A stretch of 64,000 nt of DNA, taken from positions 2,944,001 to 3,008,000 of the forward strand of contig OZ244999.1 of assembly GCA_965223265.1 (NCBI GenBank), given 5' to 3'. This stretch comes from Planctomycetota bacterium. GTDB lineage: Bacteria > Planctomycetota > UBA8108 > SXIK01. Of this stretch, positions 57,436 through 64,000 are shown piece after piece. The position numbers and the translations under genes are program-made. Under the pieces are notes generated by a model, which was not told where the DNA came from, made no database searches, and was given only the letters and a program-made list of their open reading frames with translations. The stretch's first letter is position 1; each line of letters starts with the position of its first letter.

Positions 57436-59076
57436 TTAGTTGTTTGCGTTGCGATCAATTGTCCAGCCTCGACTGGCGATCAAACGGTCGGCGATGCCGA
57501 CGATTCCCTCGAGGCGGACATCAGCGTCTAGGTAACTCGGAGCACGTTCACCGAGCACCGCTGCTGCCGTCGACCAGCCGTCGGCGAGCGTCGCTGTGGA
57601 TGCGATCACTACCGCACCTCGGTTTTGAGGCAGCGGGGCCAGGGACTGTGGCGACAGAATGTGGCTGAAACGTTGGTTGCCAACATGAAGCCACTTCTCG
57701 TAGCCGCCGCTGGCGGCGATGGCTTCTTCGTGGAGCGATAGTGTGCCGAGAAGGGTGCGCGCGTCGCGAGGGTCGCGGACCGCTACCTTCCACGCGTCGC
57801 GACCAGGAGGGGTGCCAATCGCGTAGATGCAGCCTGAAAAATTGACGAGCGCCCGCTCAACCCCGCGTTGGCGCAGTTTCGCGACGGCGCGGTCGACGGC
57901 GTAGCCCTTACCGAGGGCACCGGGATCAAGGCGCACGCCGTGGCGTCTGAGAGTCGCGTGGCGGCCAGCGTTTGTGTCATTGCCGAGAGAAACGTTGCGA
58001 TAGTCGATGAGCGGGCGGATGCGCTCTATGTCGCCCTCCGATGGTAGCTGACCCTTGCGAGCGCAAGTGCGCCACAGATCCAGGAGCGGACCGATGGTGA
58101 TGTCGAAGGCACCACCCGAAGCGGCCGCGATATCGCCCGCTCCTTGGAGAAACCCCGCCGTAAGCCCCGACAAAGGCACTGGCTCGTGCGCACCGTGCTT
58201 GGTCAAAAGAGAGAGCTCGCTGTCGAGGCGGTAGTCACTGAGCGCACGATCGACGCGCTCGATCTCGTCGAACGCATGAGTGCAGTGTGCTCTCAAGTCC
58301 TCAGCACCGTGTCCCCAAATCTCGATGTCGCACAGCGTCCCCATGATGAGGCGACTCGCACGATAAAACTCGAGGCCGTCGACCGCCGCGGCGTTGCCGA
58401 CGACGCTAGTCTTGATGGGGGGGCGGGTCGCGATATCGATCTCTTCTCCGTCACGATAGAGGCTCTCAATACGCTCGGGCTGATTCCCGTAGCAAGCGTT
58501 CACCACTGCGAGGACTTTTTTCACGCCGTGATTGAGCGAATTGACCGACATCGTGGCGCCGCTGATGTTGATGATGTCGCGATTGATACTGAATGGCTCG
58601 TCCACGGTTTTGCCATCGTACTGAGCGAGAAAGCGCCGGCGTGCGACCTCGCCGCCACGCGACTCCCTATAGACCATCACCGCGACGCGGCGGACGTCGC
58701 CGACTGGGTTGACGCCGACGATGAACGTGATCAGCTTGAACTTGCCGATCTCTTCCTGGATCACCGCGCAGCCATCGAGGTTGCCGCGAGAGTCATAACC
58801 CACGTAGGTCTGGAATTCCGTCTGACTCGTGGGTCGTCCAAGCGCCGCTTGGACAGCCCGGCGTTCAGCAGCCGAGAGCCTTACCTGGGCGCGCACGACC
58901 TTCGCAGCTTCCGGGAAGATCAGCCTGAGCGCTTCCACCTCCTGAAGATAGACGGTCGTATAAAACGCTTCGGCATCCTCGCCGTCGCGCTGCGAGTGTG
59001 CCCGTGCCCCGCACGCATAGGCGCCAATCGCTAAGGCAAGGAGGAGGCTCTTCTGAACAGGGGCACGTGTTCGCAT
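57436..59076 (-). CDS. apbE: Secreted FMN-binding domain fused to ApbE FAD:protein FMN transferase
   Basis: N-half YRESRGGEV, INISGATMS (flavinylation motif); C-half MGT, FDITIGPL, DPGALGKGYAVD, SGGYE, SHILSP, ADGWSTA. Confidence 0.88.
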   Translation of the reverse strand: MRTRAPVQKSLLLALAIGAYACGARAHSQRDGEDAEAFYTTVYLQEVEALRLIFPEAAKVVRAQVRLSAAERRAVQAALGRPTSQTEFQTYVGYDSRGNLDGCAVIQEEIGKFKLITFIVGVNPVGDVRRVAVMVYRESRGGEVARRRFLAQYDGKTVDEPFSINRDIINISGATMSVNSLNHGVKKVLAVVNACYGNQPERIESLYRDGEEIDIATRPPIKTSVVGNAAAVDGLEFYRASRLIMGTLCDIEIWGHGAEDLRAHCTHAFDEIERVDRALSDYRLDSELSLLTKHGAHEPVPLSGLTAGFLQGAGDIAAASGGAFDITIGPLLDLWRTCARKGQLPSEGDIERIRPLIDYRNVSLGNDTNAGRHATLRRHGVRLDPGALGKGYAVDRAVAKLRQRGVERALVNFSGCIYAIGTPPGRDAWKVAVRDPRDARTLLGTLSLHEEAIAASGGYEKWLHVGNQRFSHILSPQSLAPLPQNRGAVVIASTATLADGWSTAAAVLGERAPSYLDADVRLEGIVGIADRLIASRGWTIDRNANN

Positions 59077-60617
59077 CAGAAATAGCTCGTCAACGAAATG
59101 ACGACAGCGTCGTCGTCAGCCGAGGCTGGCGCTTTGCCGGTGCCGTGATTGAATTGGTAGTCGATTTTGATCGCCGCTGACTCCACCGGGCGGTAGTTCA
59201 GGCCGGTCGTCAAGCGGCGCTGTCTGTGGGCGTCGAGATCAACTTGGCCCCAACGGACGACGAAGGTAAAGGTCGAGTCGGCGAGAAACAGTGCCGGGAC
59301 GTTTTCGACAAGCCATGCCGGCATGAAGTGATAGTTCATCTGCGCGTAGTAACCCCACAGGTCGTCGGCCACGCCGCTGGCGCGCGCGAACGAGTCGCGT
59401 TCAACCCAAGAGTACGCACCCTCTGCGAGGAGTTCGATCGGGCCGACGGGCACCTCGCAGACGTCGAATTGTGGCAGTGTTACGAGTGCATCGAGGGCTC
59501 CAGTCGTGAGGTTGTTGTCGCCAGCTTCGTCGTACGCACCGCTATGACCCGAGATGCCGAATTCGCTGCCGAGGAAGGGGCTCAAGCTGAGCCGGCCGAC
59601 GCCGGCAAACTTGTTGTTGATGTCGTCGAAGCCGCGAGTGCCCAGCGAACTTCTATGGGCCCGCGCGTTGCGCAGGCCTCTCGCTGACGTGATCGTGGCA
59701 GTGCCGCTGTTGTCGAGCCCTTTGAAACCGCTGGTGATGTACGCTTCGTACTTGATTTCCCAAGTGCTCTCCTCGGTGTGGAGGTCGCCGAAGAAGCCTG
59801 CACCGACTTCCCGGAGCGTCGTCGGGATGACGAACTGATTGATCAGCGGCCGATCGGTCAAGTCGTTGATCGGTGAGTCGTGGATCAGGTTGAACTTACC
59901 CAGCGGATCAAGGATGACTCCGCCCCGAAAGTTGATCTGATCGACGATCAGAAAGTCCAGGTAGGAAAACTCAACGGCGACTTCCGAACCGTCTTCAATC
60001 TCGATCTCCGTCGCGAAACGGACGCGTTCGTGAACGTCGGCGTAAATGAACGGAATCAAGCGGTGGAAGCGGAATTCGTGGCGTTGGTTTTCGGGGTCGC
60101 GATACTCGACGTCGAAGTAACCGCCGAGCGAGACCTTGGAGCCGACTCCCTCCAAAAACGGCTTGTCATAGAGTCCGCCTTTGTGCCCCGGAAGACGAGT
60201 GCCTGCGTGATCACCTTCGAGTCGGCTTTCGGCACTTTGTGCTACCCTTCCTTTTGAGTCGCCGTCTTCTGAGCTGCTGTGCAGCGCGTCGACCGCGGCT
60301 CGCATCTCGGCGAGTTCCTTGAGCACTTGATTGTGCTCGGCGCGGGAGACCGGGAGTTCGAGATCGCCGTCGGCCCACACGCGAGTGCCGGCTGGTGATA
60401 AAAGCGTCGCGAGAGTCGACAGTGCACAGCTGGCTGCGATCAGGCGCCAATGTGGACGTCTCACCAGAGACACAGCCGCGGCTGCGAGAGGGAACGCTCC
60501 GCGGAGCTCAGAGGCGCCCCGGGAAGAGCGCGGCGTGCCATGTCGACGCGCGGGTCGACGCGCGGGTCGACTGGTTGACCCGAAGGTGGCGGAGTGGTCG
60601 ACGTCGGCCGTGGACAT
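59076..60617 (-). CDS. Outer-membrane beta-barrel (porin-like) protein
   Basis: Signal and coiled-coil, SLGGYFD, EIE.E.G..V.VEF, G.FN..H, PTT.RE.G.G, C-terminal SYF; start uncertain. Confidence 0.75.
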   Translation of the reverse strand: MSTADVDHSATFGSTSRPARRPARRHGTPRSSRGASELRGAFPLAAAAVSLVRRPHWRLIAASCALSTLATLLSPAGTRVWADGDLELPVSRAEHNQVLKELAEMRAAVDALHSSSEDGDSKGRVAQSAESRLEGDHAGTRLPGHKGGLYDKPFLEGVGSKVSLGGYFDVEYRDPENQRHEFRFHRLIPFIYADVHERVRFATEIEIEDGSEVAVEFSYLDFLIVDQINFRGGVILDPLGKFNLIHDSPINDLTDRPLINQFVIPTTLREVGAGFFGDLHTEESTWEIKYEAYITSGFKGLDNSGTATITSARGLRNARAHRSSLGTRGFDDINNKFAGVGRLSLSPFLGSEFGISGHSGAYDEAGDNNLTTGALDALVTLPQFDVCEVPVGPIELLAEGAYSWVERDSFARASGVADDLWGYYAQMNYHFMPAWLVENVPALFLADSTFTFVVRWGQVDLDAHRQRRLTTGLNYRPVESAAIKIDYQFNHGTGKAPASADDDAVVISLTSYF

Positions 60618-60707
60618 TGGGCGAAGAATCCTCGCGATTTGCCGTTGACGAAGCGTCCCGGGTTTGCCGGAGTGAAGGGCGGTCCAGAGTCGTTAGGACG
60701 CGGACTG

Positions 60708-60753
60708 AAACTTTTGTTTATCCTGCCAAACTTTTGTTTAGCATATCAAACAC
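60708..60753. promoter_or_regulatory. Tandem palindromic operator (GTTTA-N6-CAAAC x2, 20-bp period)
   Basis: AAACTTTTGTTTA repeated at 60708 and 60728; AT-rich island upstream of the porin operon. Confidence 0.6.
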
Positions 60754-61084
60754 AATTCGTCGACTCTGTCAATCGCCTTTTTCGGCCCCGGCAGAGAAGA
60801 TGCAGGGGCGACCTAACTCCTTAATCCACAGAGACTTCAGGAGCTCTCTGGTCTCCGGGAGGGCAGGCGTTGAGAATGGAGCCGGGTGGGCGGCTACGGT
60901 GGCTTCGCTCGATCCCGGAGGCGATGGCTGCTGCTCGAGCGCCCCGAGCGGGCGGGCTTTCGGAGCGCCAAATCATCCACCCGGCACCCATCCGGCACCG
61001 CTCACGCTTGGGCAGCGACCAGGCGCGAAACCGGCGAGGCATAGTCGCATGGAGACTCGGACTCGCTGCCGGCCAGGTGTCCGA

Positions 61085-62080
61085 TCAGTCCGCGCTAACG
61101 CTCGAGCGCGCGAACGCGTCGTAGAGCGCCTCGACTTTCGCGCTCTCGGCGTTGCCTGCGTGGAACACGAAGAAGAATTCGAAGTGAAGCGAATCCCCGG
61201 CCTTGATCGTCAGATCACCCGTGCCCTTTTCTTTGCGTTCAAAGTTATGGACGCCAAAGGCGTTCGCAGCGATGAGGCCGTAGTTCCGCGCGTGCCACCA
61301 CGTCGGGTGGCGCGGGTTCTTCGGGTGATCGAAAATGGCGACGCCGACCGTCTCACCATCGATCTCTCCCCAGTAGTCGACCCATTTGGCGCGCTTGCCC
61401 CAAAGGGCGCCGTCTCGCTCGCCGCTGCTGTTGAGCGCATGGCCGTTAGCACTCGTCACGCCGCGCTTTTCATCGTTTGTGAGGCGTAGGTTCGGGTGCG
61501 TGCGGATGCCCATCGTGCCTTCCTTCGTGTCGCCGAGAGTGACATCTCCCTCCGACGCATAGAGCGTCACCTCGTAGCGCACGGCGCGGCCGACCGGCAA
61601 CGCCAGAAAGGTCAGACGCCTGACGTCGGTACATACGACCTTGCCGTCTGGACCGACCCATTTGTTGAAGGTTTTGAGTACACCTTGATCACCGCTACGG
61701 ATTTCAAGAAACGTGTCGTGAACCGTTTCGCCAGAGCCTTCGTTCTCATGCCAAAAACTGATGCCGTTGACATCTCCGTGCGTGAACCAGAGCGAGCGGT
61801 GATGCGGGTGGTCTTTGGCTTCGCCTTTGACGCCGCTAACAATGGGATAGCTACGCGTCATCGCTAGCCGGTGCGGGCCGATGACCGGAAAGAGGATTGG
61901 CTTACGATGCCCGTCACCGAGATACTCAGTGAACAGTTCACCGCCGATCTCTACGCGCACGGCTTTGCCAGCGCGCGTTAACTTGACCTTGGGCTCACCG
62001 CCAGTAGCCGTGCCGGTGGCGCTCGAGAGCGTGGCGAACACCAAGAGGGCGGACAAGGCAATTCTGCGAAGCGATGACAT
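61085..62080 (-). CDS. Secreted DUF6807 ('PmoA family') protein
   Basis: KP.LFP, DHPHHRSLWFTHG.VNG..FW, DTKEG, DHP.NPRHPT.WHAR.YGL. Confidence 0.85.
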   Translation of the reverse strand: MSSLRRIALSALLVFATLSSATGTATGGEPKVKLTRAGKAVRVEIGGELFTEYLGDGHRKPILFPVIGPHRLAMTRSYPIVSGVKGEAKDHPHHRSLWFTHGDVNGISFWHENEGSGETVHDTFLEIRSGDQGVLKTFNKWVGPDGKVVCTDVRRLTFLALPVGRAVRYEVTLYASEGDVTLGDTKEGTMGIRTHPNLRLTNDEKRGVTSANGHALNSSGERDGALWGKRAKWVDYWGEIDGETVGVAIFDHPKNPRHPTWWHARNYGLIAANAFGVHNFERKEKGTGDLTIKAGDSLHFEFFFVFHAGNAESAKVEALYDAFARSSVSAD

Positions 62081-62345
62081 TCGATATTCCCTTTCTCCAA
62101 GGTTCAACACGGGGGATAGATCGTCGGCTCGATGAGGGGATGATTCTAACGGTTCGCTCGATCCTTTTGCAATTGCTTCGGGCATCCTCGAACGTCTCCG
62201 ACTCTCATAGACAGTGACGATCACGAGTGCTTCCCGACCGAACCTGAGTTGACGGCTCAGGGCGATCGATCTGTTTTCTATCGCTTTGCCGCGCTGCGCC
62301 TCCTACACTCTCGTCAGAGACCGATTGTACCCCTGGTAGACCACG

Positions 62346-63950
62346 ATGGATCGTTCACTCATCTTCGTGCTGGCCTTCTGCTGCAGCCTACTGCGCGGTG
62401 ACGCGCCAGGAGCGACGCTGGCGACGCTACGTCTCGACATCACCGACGCAGCAAACGGACACATGATGCCGGGACTGGTGAAGTTCACCTTTGCGGATGG
62501 CCGCCGAGCACCGGTCGAAGGCGCCATCAATCGCGGCGCGGGCTTGCCTGACAACCTACCAATCGGCGACTGGTGGGCACTCTTGCCGAGCCAAGTGATT
62601 CGTGTGCCGCGGGCTCCCCTTCGCATTGAAGTCACCGCCGGCCTTGACTACGAGTCCGCGAGCGCCACCGTGGATCTCACCTCGCGCCGCGACGGGCGTG
62701 TCCGCCTTGAGCTGAGGCGTTTCGTCGATCCAGGTCAGCGGGGATTCCGCTCCGGTAACACCCACATTCATTTGCGCGACTTTTCGCGCGACGTCGCAGA
62801 TCGGTATCTGCGAGAGATTCCGCGGGGCGACCACCTCGACATCACGTTTCTTTCCTACCTTGAACGTGTCGACGACGACAAGACCTACATCTCTAATTCG
62901 TACACCAAGGACGATCTGGCCGAGTTCACCTCTGAGGGGCGCTTTTACGTCTTTAGCGAAGAGCATCGTCACAACTTTTCGGGATACGGGCAGGGTTTCG
63001 GACATGTCATGTTCGTCGATCTCAAAGATCTTGTGATGCCGGTGAGCATCGGCCCGGGCATCATGAAGCGCGGCACGGATTCGATCCCCCTGCGACGCGG
63101 GATACAGAACGCGCTCGGTCAGGGAGCGACCGTGATTTGGTGCCACAACGAGTACGGCATGGAAGATTTGCCGAACTGGATCATGCAGCGGATCCAAGCG
63201 CAGAATATCTTCGACGGCAGCATCAACAGCGGATACGACGCGACCTTTTACCGTTACCTGAACGTCGGATGGAAGGTGCCGTTCAGCACCGGAACCGACT
63301 GGTTCATCTACGACTTTTCGCGCGTCTACGTTCAGGTCGAAGGTGAGTTGACCGTCGCGAAGTGGCTCGACGGCCTCAAAGCTGGACGGTCGTACATCAC
63401 CAACGGCCCGCAGCTCGAGTTCAGCGTCGATGGCCGGGCGATCGGAGACACGCTGCGTCTTGAGCGCGGTGGAGTTCTCGAAGTCGTCGGCCGGGCGGCT
63501 GGCCGCCATGATTTCAAGACGCTCGAGCTGATCCACAATGGCGTGGTTATCGAGCGCGCCGAGAGTCGCGCAGTCGATCAGCATTTCGAGGCGGCGATCC
63601 GCACGCGTGTCGAGGTCAAGACGCCCTCGTGGTTGGCTCTGCGGACGCCGCCACCGCCGACAACACGGCCGCAGCCGGGGCAGCCGCGCGTCACCGGCCG
63701 CAATGAGTTCGGGCGTGCGCTCTACTCGCATTCCAGCCCCATCTACATCGAGGTCGGTGGACGGCGGATTTTCCGCCGCGACGTGGCGCTCGGCATGCTG
63801 GAGGAGATGCGCGAGCACATCGACGTCATTCAGCGCCAGGGTGTTTTTCTTGGTGCAGCCGATCGTGACGACGTTCTTTCCGTCTATCACGAGGCGATCG
63901 CCAAGCTGCGCGACCGGCTGGGGCGCGCCGGAGACGAGCGCGCGGAGTAG
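62346..63950 (+). CDS. CehA/McbA-family PHP-like metallohydrolase
   Basis: SGNTHIH, EEHRHN, GHV, WCH, YRYLN.G.KVP.STGTD, R.YV, G.SYITNGP, HSSPIY. Confidence 0.8.
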   Translation: MDRSLIFVLAFCCSLLRGDAPGATLATLRLDITDAANGHMMPGLVKFTFADGRRAPVEGAINRGAGLPDNLPIGDWWALLPSQVIRVPRAPLRIEVTAGLDYESASATVDLTSRRDGRVRLELRRFVDPGQRGFRSGNTHIHLRDFSRDVADRYLREIPRGDHLDITFLSYLERVDDDKTYISNSYTKDDLAEFTSEGRFYVFSEEHRHNFSGYGQGFGHVMFVDLKDLVMPVSIGPGIMKRGTDSIPLRRGIQNALGQGATVIWCHNEYGMEDLPNWIMQRIQAQNIFDGSINSGYDATFYRYLNVGWKVPFSTGTDWFIYDFSRVYVQVEGELTVAKWLDGLKAGRSYITNGPQLEFSVDGRAIGDTLRLERGGVLEVVGRAAGRHDFKTLELIHNGVVIERAESRAVDQHFEAAIRTRVEVKTPSWLALRTPPPPTTRPQPGQPRVTGRNEFGRALYSHSSPIYIEVGGRRIFRRDVALGMLEEMREHIDVIQRQGVFLGAADRDDVLSVYHEAIAKLRDRLGRAGDERAE

Positions 63951-64000
63951 CAGGGAGCTGTGTCGGTCGCCGCCCAGGCGGTGTCCGTCCCCATTGTTGC

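Noticed and set aside
61085-62080. Methane monooxygenase because of the 'PmoA family' label
   Set aside because: Soluble secreted DUF6807-type protein with no TM helices and no pmoB/pmoC

Overview
GC-rich bacterial chromosomal segment, most likely from a Planctomycetota member (inferred from dockerin-like GDxNxDGxxD-x-SD..L..LF modules on secreted proteins, a kinase with an FGE-like domain, and DUF6807 and CehA/McbA genes). Most of it is housekeeping and metabolic: Mrp/ApbC with DUF971, an LpoB-LpoB-COG3014-YcfL lipoprotein cluster, an isocitrate/isopropylmalate dehydrogenase-family gene, rpsU, a his cluster, queE/yajL/thiI/glpD, archease-rtcB, a CtlX-like gene with arcA, typA, and a porin / FMN-ApbE / BNR operon. 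Reading the sequence directly found items absent from the ORF track: a 49-aa ORF with 12 His and a good RBS just upstream of hisG (candidate attenuation leader), a 57-aa Flp/Tad pilin, a DUF4432 gene running off the left edge, a family of TTAG-flanked MITE-like repeats, a tandem palindromic operator, and structured non-coding sequence after typA. Other highlights are an in-frame HisD-HisC fusion and an hcrCAB-like 4-hydroxybenzoyl-CoA reductase operon translationally coupled to a FabZ-like dehydratase. No CRISPR array, rRNA, tRNA or transposase was recognised. All family calls come from motif recognition by eye, not database searches.
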